From Antedon mediterranea (Eukaryota; Animalia; Echinodermata): a stretch of DNA of 64,000 nt. Shown in pieces: positions 1 to 13,600 of the stretch. The stretch's first letter is position 1, and every line of letters starts with the position of its first letter. The position numbers were made by a program, and so were the translations under genes. Location: assembly GCF_964355755.1 (NCBI RefSeq), contig NC_092674.1, positions 29,698,001 through 29,762,000 of the forward strand, in the 5' to 3' direction. The notes beneath the pieces were generated by a model. It was not told where the DNA came from. It made no database searches and worked only from the letters and a program-made list of their open reading frames with translations.

Positions 1-3000
1 AAGAAAACTAGTGAATGGGAAGAGAGAGAAGCAGAGTTGATGAAGGAAGCGAAAGAAGTAAACATTTTATTGTCGGGAGAGCAACGCAAATGCCAGAATT
101 TGAAAGAAAGTCTTGAGGTTCTCCAAGATGAAGGAACTACAGCGGAAAGGACCAAGCAAGAGAGAGAAGAAGAACTAACTCAAAAAAATTTAGAGTTGAA
201 AGACAAGTTAAACGAAGTAGAAACACAGTACGAACAAAACCTGAGCGCTATGGAGTTTTCAACTAAACAAATGAGAAGGAAGTGGGAAGAACTGAGAAAG
301 AGTGCAGAACAACGACATGAAAAAGATATTGAGGAACTGAAAGAGAGGTATGTACAATTGTAGATTTTAAAACAGGTTGACCAGAGGTTTCAAATTTTTC
401 AAATAGTCAACTCTCCCAATACCACATCTGGGCTGGCCTAATTTGTCTGGTTTTCCGGAAAGTTTGGTATTCAGAATTTGTTTTTAATGGTAAAAAATGA
501 ATTTGGGACCCTTCTGTCCTCAAGAAAAGTTTTGGGAGAGTTGACTGTACTAAAGTCCAAAGTAAGTCAGGTCTAGGGAACTGGTTAACCAGAACTATTT
601 ATGATTGTATATTTCAGGGAAAAATTTCATTTGAAAATTTTGTTTAGCAAAATTGCTAATCAAACTGATTTTTTAGTCAAGAAAGATAGTTTTGTATTGT
701 ATTTTTTGCTACACAATTGTAGAAATGTGTAGCAAAAAGGTTGTTTTGTATAGCTTTTTGCTATGCTACACTGGCGAAATTATTCCCTGATTATTATTTA
801 ATGTTTTTGATGCATTAATTTTCAAAGGTATGATCGTGAAATTGAGACAATGAAAAGAGGTTCTGTTGTCAAGGAAGACCTTCTTAGACAAGAGTTAGAA
901 GCTTCCAAGTTGGAACTTGTCCAGACCAAGAAACAAGCCACTAGAGAAGCTGAAACTTTAAAAGAAACAAAGAAGCATCTGGAGGTTACTGCCAATGAAA
1001 AACTTGTTGTAATGCACAAACAAATGGAGAATGAACTTAACAGTTACAGTAAGAACAAATTAAAATTTCCCAGAATCTTGGAAAAATTTCTGGCGTGAAA
1101 TTATTTTTAGTTTAACATAACACATGGAGAGCTCCATAAGAGTGGCAATACTTTACTACTTTTGTGTAATCCTGTTGGGTATGGCTTTTGTTTTAAGTGC
1201 TATGCTAATATGTTTGCAAGAAACTTACATATTCATATGTAAAATAAATAAAAATAAACATTGAACATTTTTTGAGCTTTTAGAAACAGTAACACAATAT
1301 GGATATTTTTTTGCAGAGAAAAAAATGGAAAAGGAAGCTCAGCAGTACAAAGAAAAGGCGGAAAAACTACAGAAAGAGTTGACAAAGACATGCGTAAAGG
1401 CTGATGCATACAAGAACGATATAGAGAAGAAAGCAAATGAAAAACTACAAGAAATGAAGATGGAGATGAATCAAGCAAGGTCCGATTGGTCTGAAAAGGT
1501 AATTTGATTATACAGTAGAACACAACTTAAAGCTCTGTCTGACAAAAAAAGTGTTATCTGCCCAAATATGGTAGTGATATGACATCATCATATCCATATA
1601 TGGGTACATCACATTTTTTTGTCACAAAGTTTGATAGTGTAGACAGAGCTTTAGGCTGCAACAAAGTTTTTCATTAAATAGGAGTGTCCCCAACAGGGGT
1701 TAGCAAAGATCTTAAAATATGTATCTTCCATGTACATATGCAGGTTGTGTATGTCGAAATTAAGAATTGAATTCCTTGGGCGTTTCAATAGAAAGCTCTG
1801 ATTCTAATTTAGGTGATAAAGATAAATAGTAAACTCCAAAATAGTTGTTCAGCAGCTTGGAATACTGCATTTAAGTTTGTAGTGTTTCAGTTGTGTTTAA
1901 TTTGTTACATTTTCTCCTCGTTTGATTTTAAGCTGTTTGCATTGGAGAATGAAAATCACATTATAAAGTGCAAACTGGAGAAGCTTAACAAGAAAGTGCT
2001 TACTAGCGGTACTGAACTGACGGAAGAACGGTTAGCTAAAGATCATCTTGCTCAACGCGTACGCTCACTCCAAACTCAGGTACTACATGCATGCCTTAAG
2101 CTCTGTCTACACTATCAAACTATGCGATGTGCCCAAATATGTTAGTGAGTGTCCATATATGGGCACATCACATTTTTTTTTCACAAGTTTGGTTGTGAAG
2201 ACAGAATTTAACAATGTATACGTATTTGGTATAAAACATATTTGTAATGCACTTTGTATAGTATAACTATAACCATCTCAAAGTATGTTACACATACAAT
2301 AACTTTCATCTCTTGCCGGAGTATGATCACCTAAAAAATCTCAATTTGAACGTTTAAAAATAATGTTATTCTTTACTACAGCTGGACTATGCAGATCGCC
2401 AACTTCGCGAAAAGTCAACAACGTTTGAACATCCACTAGGTCTTACTAAAACTGAACCAAATCCACTTTCATTGGACGACATAACAGACAACATGTTAGT
2501 GGACAGCCCAACAAATTTAGGTGACAGTGAAGCTAATCTTACAGCAGACAGTCTGGACGCAAGCCTAAATATTGACGATCTTAGAGGGAGTGTTGCATCA
2601 CTCGAATCAAATTCTTCAAATTTAAGCACAAGCTCCAGACCTAAAAGTGAGAAATTTACTTTTTTTATGTAATAATGTAATAATATGCATGTCTAATATT
2701 ATAACATCATGCGTAATAACTCATTTTTGAAAATTGTTTTGTTTTGTCACAGGCCGAACAACCATCATTATCAACATGTCTAAAACATCCACGAGTGCTA
2801 ACACGAGTCTTAACACATCATCCGTTTCCACCGTTAACAAAACCCAAACAATTAACCATCACAGCATAAGCAACATAAGCAAACTAAGCCAGGCCAGCTG
2901 CATCGGATATAGCAGACATAGTCTAGCTAACAGTAGCCTAGGCCCAGACTATCCAGAGAGCTTAAGCAGGACTCTAGATGAACTAAGTGCTAGTCAGTCT

Positions 3001-4942
3001 GTCTTACAATCCAGTATTAAAACTGAGTCACCAAAGAGCAGGGCTACGACAGGTAAAAAATTAAACCGTAAATTCATTGCCTGGTTGGCCTAGGTTTTGA
3101 ATCCAATCATCATTGCTATTTTTATTATCTCTAACCCAAAATTATACAAATTTGAAATCCTCTTAAAACAATTTATTTTTTATTTTTCAGGTCGTTTTGG
3201 ATTTTTTATGAATGACGACGAAAGTCAGGAATATGATTGGAATCGACTGTCGGAATTAAAACGCAGGAACACGCTTTGCCTGCCACATCTACAGACGTCG
3301 TACCCTGCAGAGACGCAAGCCTGTCAGGAACCAATTAGTGACCTGAAGACAACGAAGGTCAATGATGGAGCTGCAGGAATGCCTAGCTATCAGTTAAGAC
3401 AAACCAGGAAAAGAAAGAGTAATGGACTTGATGATCTTGACAAGTCCTCTAAGGTACAGTAAACACAATACAGGGGACATCCCTACTGAGGGCAAGCTTT
3501 ATTGGTACAGTCAACTACAGTTAGTCTTTTAAACACCCCTATTCAGGGACATTTTATTGGGTCATGTAGGTGTCCCCTTAATAGGGGTTCTACTGTATAA
3601 CAACTAAAATACATTCTGGTCTCTCAACTGGTTTGCCTAATTTTTTTGCATTGTTTTTTTCTCAATAGCTTCGATCTACTACATCCCAACCAATGCTATC
3701 AAACGAGGTGACAAAATTAAGTGAGAGACGAGCAACCTCTCTGCAGACATTCCACAACCAGAACACATCGTACTTATCGTCCATGCACAGAATGTCCACA
3801 AGGTCATCATCAAACAAAGAAGATCCAAGTGGTGTCACTTTCACCATTCCAACAACCATGGCCCCCAAAGCAAGAAAAACGACGTCTGATAACAACTCTG
3901 GTATTAATGGAAAACCACCAGATGGTCGCAAACCTCTCCAGAAGAGTTCAAAGGTTAATGAACAACCAGAGGTAATTTAATAATCCATTTGTTGGACGCT
4001 TTCGTCGGACATTGGGAAGCTTTTAATGTGCAACAATCTACGACCTGCACATTTTGTGTCATTGGTCATTTGAAATGGTAGACAAATATTTCTAAAGCCT
4101 TTTTGATTTTATTCTCTAGGCAACAGATCCACGAAGAGAAAGTTTGTCTTTTAGCATTGGTTTCTCACCAAAGCCTCAATTCAAAAGACGCTCAACGCGG
4201 ATGTCTTTTGGTAAAGGATTTTTAAAGTCAAAAACAGAGAAGAACAAACAAACTGTAGAGGAAGGTAAAGAAACACCAAAATTAAAGAAAGTTAAAACAC
4301 CCAAGAAAACTAATGTAAGTACAGAACTCTACAAATTATAGATGGTCAATGATTTAATGATTTAGAAGATGGCATAATCATATCCATCTTGGCTAATCTA
4401 TGACACATGGTACATAATTATTTACTACTGTGAAGTAGACCAATTATAATCCCGTTGGGCTTGGATCTAACCCCTATCTGTCTGTGCAAACTAAGTGGTC
4501 TAAAGGTATGGCCAGGCTAGAGGTATGGCCAGGCTAGAGGTATGGCCAGGCTAGAGGTATGGCCAGGCTAGAGGTATGGCCAGGCTAGAGGTATGGCCAG
4601 GCTAGAGGTATGGCGGTCATGGGTTTGTGTCCCACCCGAAAATTACTTGCAAATTTTTGTTTTCCCAATTATATTATTACTGTATATAGTATTTTCAATG
4701 TACTTATTATAAAGTATAAATTACGTCAGAGTAGGGCATCTGAACAATAACATGATACATATAAATTAACCAATCAAATGGCAAGGATTCATCCAAGTGT
4801 GTTATAAAGTATGTTAAATGATCACAACCCTTTGTACATTGTGAGTGGTCTAATGATTAACAGTACAAGGTTTTGTAGGTGGATCTAAAAATAAATTTAT
4901 ATTATTTTTCAGAAAATTGGCAGCCTATTGAAATGGAATTAA
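1..4942 (+). CDS. NUMA1: Nuclear mitotic apparatus protein (NuMA)-like, 3' exons (gene starts before the window)
   Basis: Coiled-coil exons (1-347, ~828-1048, 1317-1498, ~1933-2079) are followed by a Ser-rich tail. The tail has RLSELKRRNTLCLPHLQTSYPAE (cf. NuMA RIAELQQRNRVCPPHLKTCYPLE) and RRESLSFSIGFSPK (cf. RRQSMAFSILNTPK). Introns are GT-AG. The last exon 4913-4942 reads KIGSLLKWN*. Confidence 0.85.
404..549. mobile_element. Small Tc1/mariner-type MITE
   Basis: Inverted termini AGTCAACTCTCCCAA / TTGGGAGAGTTGACTGTA. Confidence 0.55.
616..789. mobile_element. Small hAT-like MITE
   Basis: Termini CAGGGAAAAATTTC / GAAATTATTCCCTG, with internal TAGCAAAA/TTTTGCTA repeats. Confidence 0.5.
4504..4613. 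repeat. 17-bp tandem repeat x~6.5 (AGGTATGGCCAGGCTAG)
   Basis: Perfect units read directly. Confidence 0.95.
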
Positions 4943-6517
4943 GTATTTTTTATGACACTCAAGAGCAAAACGGATACAAGTACAAGGAGAAAAGACTCGA
5001 TTTACTGACTAAGATTATAATAATTAGTTTGACAAAAGGTTTGATTACAATTATATTTGTTTCACAAATATTTAGAAAATAGAAAAGAAAAAAGTGTATT
5101 ATTGTGTTTCTCTGGGTGTGGTTTTCACTTGCTACAGCCTATGTATATTATGCATTACATCTTTTATCCAAGTCGTCCTTCTCTTTGAAAATTGATATTT
5201 TTTCGCGTCGACTGGAAACCAAGGAAAGGAAATGTCCTTGTCTGGGAAAACAGAATCTAGAATCAATCAGATAGCTTGACAAAAATGGCCAGCATAACCA
5301 AACTCAACATCGTTAATATAATAGTACTGCTATACAAGATGGGTTTTTGAAAGCCAATCAAGCACATCTTTTTATAATGCCAGATTATACTTACTGATGA
5401 TTTGACTGTAATATATTGTAGTTTACAAATTATCGGATTATTTATCATATGTATGTATATATATAGATTGTACATAACATTTAATATTGCACAATGAATC
5501 TTTCAGTTTTTGTAGATGTATCATTGTATATAATTATTCTGTGTAAATTCAATTTTAAAGACAGTACTGATTGAGATAAGAATAATACAGCATTTTAACA
5601 ATTCTAATTATTTGATCATGTTTTTTCACAATTTGAATTTTCATTTAATTTATTGTAAGCTCCGTAAAAAGAATTGCATTTAGCAACAACCGTACATGTC
5701 TTAAGATCTTTTAAAGTTCTAATGATATTAATAGTTTGGATTTGATCAGGTTTTTTAACAATTAAAAATTGTATTTACTACAAGGTACAGATGTTTGTTT
5801 TTCTTTATTGCATGTACAATTTTCACCTGCTCTTACACCCTTTGGCACATATGGCGTTTCATATGTATAATACAATACTCGCTATTACATTTTTTTACCA
5901 TATTTAATGAGGGTGATCCATCCAGTAATTACTGATCATTAGGAACCCGCAGAGGTTCACAAGACAAACATATACACAAGATGCTCTACATAATAAAGTC
6001 TTATTACAAGTCTTCAGGAGTAATTTTGTCCTTAGAAAAAATCCTGACATGTGACGGGACCACTGGAGTGGTAGCCAAGCATCATAACCACAACTTCACT
6101 GGGTGCTCTTAATCAAAGAAAAAAATATAAATTAATTTGAAAAGAAAAAAGTTGCATGAATAATGTAGTTTTATCCTCACTAGTATTGTTTGTAGTGTGG
6201 TATATTACTTTTCTATTCAATATAAAACAATAATTTTTTAAAGATCAAACACAAGAAGATACAATTGATTGAATACAGTTGAGTCAAGAGAGTTTATTGC
6301 AAATACTGTACATCCATATTATCTTAAATAATATACAAGGTTGAATGCCTAATTTTGAAATTATTTACAGTATATAACACATGATTTACAGACTTGTTTT
6401 ATTGTTTTGTATGACTTAAATATTCTTCAGTTGATGATGTAATATCCATGATCAGGCTTTTATGCTATCCTGCACCCACAGTGTCATCCGCTTAAAATTT
6501 AGAAAAAACCTCTAATT

Positions 6518-9500
6518 TCAGCTTGGCCCTATGAGAACTTTCAATGTTTCCATCTGAAAAGTAAATAACACAAATTATAATACTGTGCAGATGATCATAC
6601 AACATCCATTAAGCATTGAAATAATAGTATACAAATAATTAATGTTTATGAGTTAAATGGTGAGAATATTTCGTTAGATAGGGCTAATTTTAAATGACAC
6701 ATGACGCATAATTAACCAATCAAATTGCAAGAATACAATCAGGTGTGTAATAGTATTGTAGCATAAACACATGATAGTGTTATATGATATACCTCCTCCT
6801 CGTGTTTCTTCATTTCCAGTAAAACCTCATCCAGTTTTGATTGAAATCGTTGCTAAAAAGGAATACAAATTTAAAATGTTTACTGCCTGGCTTAATAATC
6901 ATTGTTGTAGTTGTAGTGTATAATGTAATTACAGTACTGTACTAATGAAGTGGGGAGGGGTTGTGAGAAGAATCACCTTGCTTGCCTTATGCGAGCTACA
7001 TCCTTGGTATGATGTATTATGATGATCAATTATGGGGGATGGGAGGTGACCGTTTTCCCACATATTGCTTTCCATGATTTGTTTCCATATTTTTCTGTTT
7101 TGGGCAGGATGGTTTGTTATTGTGTTAAAGTCAACATTTTTTCCTTTTAAATCTTTTTTTACTTGGTTTATCCAGTTTTCTTTTGGTCTTCCTGGTGGTC
7201 TTTTTACTTTCTTTTTAGTTTCCTTTCATTGCTGGCTACAGCCCCTGTATAATGTGATTACTACTTGACAAACCTTTAACATAACATTATCAACATTAGC
7301 AATGGCTTCTTCCTGCATTCTTTTTTTCTGGTTCAGTTCAGTCATTTGTTGTTCTAACTCTGCATACCGTTTCACAAATTCATCTACAAAAAAGAAACTC
7401 TATTTAATCAACACATGTGTTATAGATTGAACACACTTGTTAAAACACCAGTATTTATTTTCTCTACCCCTCAAGCTACATAAAACTATCTAATGTTTAT
7501 CCACATACAGTGAATATGGGTGGATTAATACACCAGTTTATTGGGTCAGATTGGGCCCTAGATTTTTATAATTTTATTCATATTCAAATTTAAATAAAAC
7601 CAGGTGGTACTGTACATGTAATTATAATAATCGACCAACCAAGTGTAAAGATCTGTCTACACATTAAAACTAGTTTGACAAATGAGCGTGATGTGCCCAA
7701 ATATGGTAGTGATATGCACAAATATGGTAGTGATATGACATTGTGATGATATAGTGTAGACAGAGCTTAACATGGTATAATATAAAACAGAAAGTTTTGA
7801 ATAAAAACTCACTCTCTTGTAGCATACTGTCTTCTGTGAGTGTTTCATCTTGGCTCACAATAGCCTCTAAACTTTCAAGAGTACTGGTCACGTTCTGACC
7901 TTTGAACTCTTCCATATCTTGTCTCGAATCTTCCAACTCCATTATGTTTACATCTTCCTCCTCCTCTTCATTCTCAGAACTACTGACTTCTTCAAATATC
8001 TGTTTCCAGTCATTTCCATCTGAATAATATCAATTTTAATAAAGTGTGGTCATAATTTAAAAATCAACCTAAATATGAAAGTAATCGGAGGGACACTTTT
8101 TTAGTTTAGATTTATTTTTTGACAAGGGATTTAGAATAAATTTACCCATTTGTGATTCATTCTTTGTGTCTTCTTTTCCATCCTTGTCTGGTAGCATTTC
8201 CCATCCTTTGGTACTCAATTAAGGATTACAAATGGCAAATTAATTGGCAAACTAGCTATCCATTCACAAGTAAAAGCACTAGGAATAGATAAGTCCCCAC
8301 TGCGGAACAATAAAATATCACAAAAGCACATCAGGGTAACACTAACAGGTTAGGTAATATGACAAGTTTGCCATAGAATTAAAAAGGATACGTATTTTAA
8401 TAGCAGTGCTGTCCATTCGTAGTAATCTCTTCACTTCTTTTTCTATATCAGGTGACTCAATATACTACATAAAAAACAAAACAAACAATGAATCAACTAT
8501 ATTCACAAACAAAGCATTAACAAAAATGACAAATTATCAGTGGTACAAAGTTATATTTTAATACAATAAAGAAAATGTTAAGATTTGTAAACTATACCTT
8601 TTTCTTGGCTGTTTTTCTAAATCTTCTTTTTCTTACATTTTTTAGTGGTGGTGTTACTAATTTAATAGAAAGACAAAAATGTTACTTTATAATATATAAA
8701 ATAACTTTTCTTTAGCTCTTTCTACACTATCTACAAACAAAAGTGTGATGTGCCCAAATATGGTATTGATATGCCCAAATATGGTAGTGTTATGACATCA
8801 TCATGTCCATATTGTTTCATACTGTATATAGTAATCAATATTCTTGATTTCATATTTAACTTACTTCCATGATTCCAAAGAAATTTCTTGTCAACCTTAT
8901 TAGGATTTTTGTGAGGTGATGGTTTCTCATCACGCCCACTACTGCTATCTTCGCCGCCTTCGTTGGTGGTACACACCAACATCTGTATATTAAATAAAAT
9001 ATTTACATATTATTAGCAATGCTAAATAGGTATAGCACTAGTTTGCTGATCATTGTTCATGTTTTGCTACAGCAAACTAGTAGTATTATTTATGAAACTG
9101 TTGAAAATGGACGATGCATACCTGGCAGATGTCTGCAGTCTTGAAGAACGTCTTTTTATCAATTGTTTTATATGATTCTAATATTGATGGCATGTCAACC
9201 AACTGCAAAACAAAAAAGTAAAGTATATTATTCAAATTAAAACATATTTTTCTGACTGACACAATAGTCAGACAAGTACTAAACATATTTTTGTATGTAG
9301 TACTGTAGTATAAATATATAGTGTAAATTGCTGATAATTATATAAAAAACAAATTTGCTGCGGTTACCTTGGCTGCAAATGCTTCTTTATCAAATCGTAC
9401 AGTGCCATGGCGATTATCACCTGGAGGAATCAACAATAAATAACAAGTTTAATACATTTTGTATTGTTTTCTTCTATTACATACAATGAAACGAAAGATA

Positions 9501-10190
9501 GAGAAAAAAACATTTTCCTACGCAAATCACTTCAAATGGACCTAGGCCTACTCTTCTCTTACTCCATGGCCTACCAGGCCTACTACATTACAGAAAAAAA
9601 GTATAAATGAAAAAGGAAGACAATTTATTGTAACGCAAACTTACCATAAAGCTCAATAGATATTTTATCTTTTACACTCGTGTTTCCAACATGAACAAGA
9701 TGTCTAAGTTTATCTGATGCATGCTGCAACAAAAAAAAATTTTATTTTTCATTAAAATGTGTATTATTGATTTATATTCAAAACATGAATATGAAGCCAA
9801 ATTGACTTACTTATATTATAATCTTGCTAACTAAGCCTATGTATAAATATTGCTTAATTCATTTTATTTATATAATTTTACTTAAACTTTAACTACACTA
9901 TATCATTCATATTGAAGGTATAAATTGAGGGGCGAAACGACTAGTTGCCACCACCCTCATGACTTCAGCACTGAGCAGTGACATCCCATCCATTTTATTT
10001 ATACAACCGTCCTTGCCTAGCCTATACAACCCCCGCCTAGATAAATAAATATAGCGGTTTAGCTAATAAAAGTTAACTACAGTGTTCTATGGTTTAAATG
10101 AAAGAAAATCTCATTACATACTGCAGGCATTCGAAGTATAAAATGGTTTTCAAGCTCCGGAATAATATCGTCTTTTTTAATATTCGCCAT
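6518..10190 (-). CDS. TAF7: TFIID subunit 7 (multi-exon)
   Basis: Exon 1 reads [23 protein letters not shown]. Later exons give [31 protein letters not shown] and [23 protein letters not shown], then an acidic linker and C-terminal coiled coil. Stop TGA at 6518-6520. Confidence 0.93.
7060..7240 (-). mobile_element. 3'-terminal fragment of an RTE-type LINE in a TAF7 intron
   Basis: Translates to [23 protein letters not shown]...AQNRKIWK, matching the RTE ORF C-terminal pattern KRxxGRPxxxWxxxxxxDL...AxxRxxW. Confidence 0.65.
8206..8391 (-). other. U12-type GT-AG intron in TAF7
   Basis: Donor GTATCCTTT, branch TCCTTAAT, acceptor CAAAG. Splicing restores TAIKI-R-WE. Confidence 0.85.
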
Positions 10191-10620
10191 TTTTATTTTC
10201 CTCTCGTTGCTCGTTGTGTGGTGGCGCTATATCTTGTCTAAAAAAAATCTCTTCTTCGCGTACGCCTTATAGTTTATGAATATTTATCAACATAAACGCC
10301 CAATCTGCTATATTGCCTTATATTTTTCAAATAACAAGTAGGTAGGATTAGTTGAGGAAAAACTAAATGTGATACTGGACAAAAAACTTTTAATACAATA
10401 GGTTTTTAGTGTGAATTTACAAATAGGTTTAGGTGTGACTGAATCCCACACAAAATAATTACGTGGGCGTGGCGGCGAATCACATGTGACGTTTGTCTGA
10501 CCTCCCTGCTTTGTATGCTAAATAGTTGAAATTAAAGAAGTTTACTTCCACGTAGTTTGACAAAAATTGATGTTGGATCTGATATTTTGACGTTTTAAAT
10601 GACATTTTAACACAATAAAC
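10191..10620. promoter_or_regulatory. Probable bidirectional promoter, TAF7/SLC36-like
   Basis: Divergent ATGs 430 bp apart. CpG-retaining sequence with GGGCGTGGC (Sp/KLF) and CACATGTGAC/CACGT (E-box-like) motifs. Confidence 0.6.
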
Positions 10621-13600
10621 ATGCATGATTCTGGAGGGTCAGACAGTCCAGTAAAGATATTTGCTAATATCTTTATAACATTTGTAGGCGCTGGTGTTCT
10701 GGGTCTACCGTATGCTTTCAAAGAGGTAAGTTATTATTTTGTAGCTAGGCCTAGCTAGGCCGCTGCCGCTTCGTTTCTTGAATGAGTCTTGGCCAATAAA
10801 ATGCTATCAAGTGCGAGTGAAGGCACTGTTGATTATAGTTTTAGGCCTAGCATTTTTTTATTCTTTTGATTTTTTTATATAGTCTGGAATATTAGAGGGA
10901 GTTGTCATAATGATTATCGTATCAGCTGTCAGGTAAGAAAAAATCATTTTTTACCTGTCATATAATTATGGGCATATTTTAGGCCTAACTTTAAAACAAA
11001 CTTGATCATTGATCTAAATACAATTAATATATTATTAAAATTATATATATGATATGAAACACTAAATGATTTCTTTGTTCTGTTCATATAGTTTAATCAA
11101 AAGCATATAACATAATATATTTGATAACGATTTAAAAAAAAATTATTATTTAAACATTCCCAGCATCAAGGCAATGCTTCTGTTGATTGACTGTAAATAC
11201 AGATTGAATCAACAACCAGAAGTTAGAAAAAATTACAAAATTGTAGAAGTTGAAACGGAAGAAGGCTACAACAAAGGAGAAACGTACGAAAAATTAGATT
11301 TAATGGAAAGTCATAAAAATGAATCAAATGGATTTAGACATGATGTTAAGAACCTGCCAGTAGAATCAAAAGTAAGTAAGCATACTAAGAAAGTAAGCAT
11401 ATAACAAAAAAATTAATTTCAGTTGCAAACGTTACAGTAATATTTTTTCTATGTAAATGTAGTGAAATAGAAATAAAGGTGAGTTAAATCACAAAAGACA
11501 AAAAAAATGTACCACACCACATCAATGACAGTTGGAAAGTTATGTAATTCTCAAAGAATCACAAGCCTATGAAATCAAGTAGATAAATGATGGACAGAAC
11601 CAAATATGAATTGACAACAACAACGTTTAGGCTCTAAACTAATATACAATTTTAATACTAAATCAAGTGAGAATCGAACACTTGCTGGACTAAACAATAA
11701 AATAATGAAATGCAATATATTTTTTACAGGCTGTTCAAAAAGAACTGGATTATGGTGATTTAGGTTTGTGATTTAAAATTGTACATTATTCTATAAATAG
11801 ATTGATAAATATTGTATGCATAAAATACAAAAAAATATATAATTATTTTGTTTTAACATTTTATATTTACAGGTTACTATGCCCTGGGTAATTCTGGAAG
11901 AACTTTAGTAGACTCGGTTATTGTCATCTCACAAACAGGTAAGTCCATTCTGTGACCTGGACAGGTCAAGTCACTCTGGCCAAGCTAGTAGAGTTTCTAA
12001 GCCTCTGAATACCTTTAACTATGGTTATGTATTTTGTGTAAGGCTAATTTCTAAACGTAAGGTAATGGCCATTATGTGGTGGTGGCCAGTTCCATTCCAC
12101 GCCGCCTTATCCTCCCTAGTATTTTCAACCAGGTACTCATTTACAGCTGAGTGAACTGGGAGTTGTCGGGTATTGAACCCGGGTCTCTCTGTATGACAAT
12201 CAAGTGTCTTAAACATTGGCTACATAACTCCTATTTTGTGTGTGGCTATATAAACCACATATATTATTCTTACAGGGTTTTGCTGTGCCTATTTAATATT
12301 CATCACTGAAAATCTTGGTTCGTACTTTAATAATTTTGCCACCTACCAGTGGTTGTTGTTTATGCTGCCACCATTGGCATTCCTTGCAATGCTCAGACAT
12401 CTTCATCATCTAGCAATCTTCAGGTCTGTATACTTGTTAGGATCCTAAATCTCTGTCTACACTATAAAAATGTTTGATTATCAATTTAGTTGGTGGGTGG
12501 TAGGGAAGTTATAACATCTTAAGCTCTGTCTACACTATCAAACTAGTGTGACAAAAAAGTATGATGTGCCCAAATGTGGTTGTGATATGCCCAAATATGG
12601 TAGTGGTATGACATCATCATGTACATATATGGGTGCATCAAATTTGTTGTCACATAAAGTTTGATAGTGTAAACAAAGCTTTAGGCTCCTAAGTTTTGTA
12701 ACTAGCTCTATCGTAAACAAGCATCAAACAAAGAAGTTTATTAACTTAATTCTGAAGTGGGAATGAATCAAATATTTGTTACAAAATAATTATTTTCTGT
12801 GAGTGTTTAGAATTTAATATTTTTTTCTTTTCAGTCTATTTGCTGATTTTGCTAATGTGTTTGCGTATTGCGTTGTGTTTTGGTTTGATTTTGATCATAT
12901 ACATGTTTTAAAACAGTAAGTAATTTTAAGCAAACTTTTGAAAACTGTCCACTTGTCTAGAATCATTTATTATTTAGAAATATTAATACCATAAATATTT
13001 ATTTTAGTTATTATTAAAACAATTCTTTGAAATATAAATCTACATGAGCCCAAATATGGTAGTGATACGCCTGAATACGGTAGTGATACGCCTGAATATG
13101 GTAGTGATATGACATCATCATGTCCATATATGGGCACATCACATTTTTAGTCGCGTGGAAGCGACTCTATAGTTCACTATGTCGGTCGGTCTGTCTGTCT
13201 GTCGGTCCGGTATCACTATGCGTTTTATCGCTTTATGACCTTATCTTGATATCAGTTTAATCTAGCTAAGTCAATTTTTCACAGAATATTCCTTATGGCC
13301 AGGAATCGATGTGGTTATGTTTTCACGGTGCGCAATAAAAAATTACGCGGTCTACGCACGATTTAACGAAATCACGTTTGTAATCATATCTTAACAACCA
13401 TGAATCACAATTAAATAAAATTTGGTACTCATAAATTTCAGGGCATAAATCATCATATGGCAATACAATTACGTGCGTAGCGCATGTAACGCATGCGTAC
13501 GCGCGCTTAAAATTTTCCAAATTTATTTTCGATGAAATAAGAGTACGTTTCAGGCAATTTTAAGCGTTTACAAAATTGCCATGAGTGCGCAGATTTTTGC

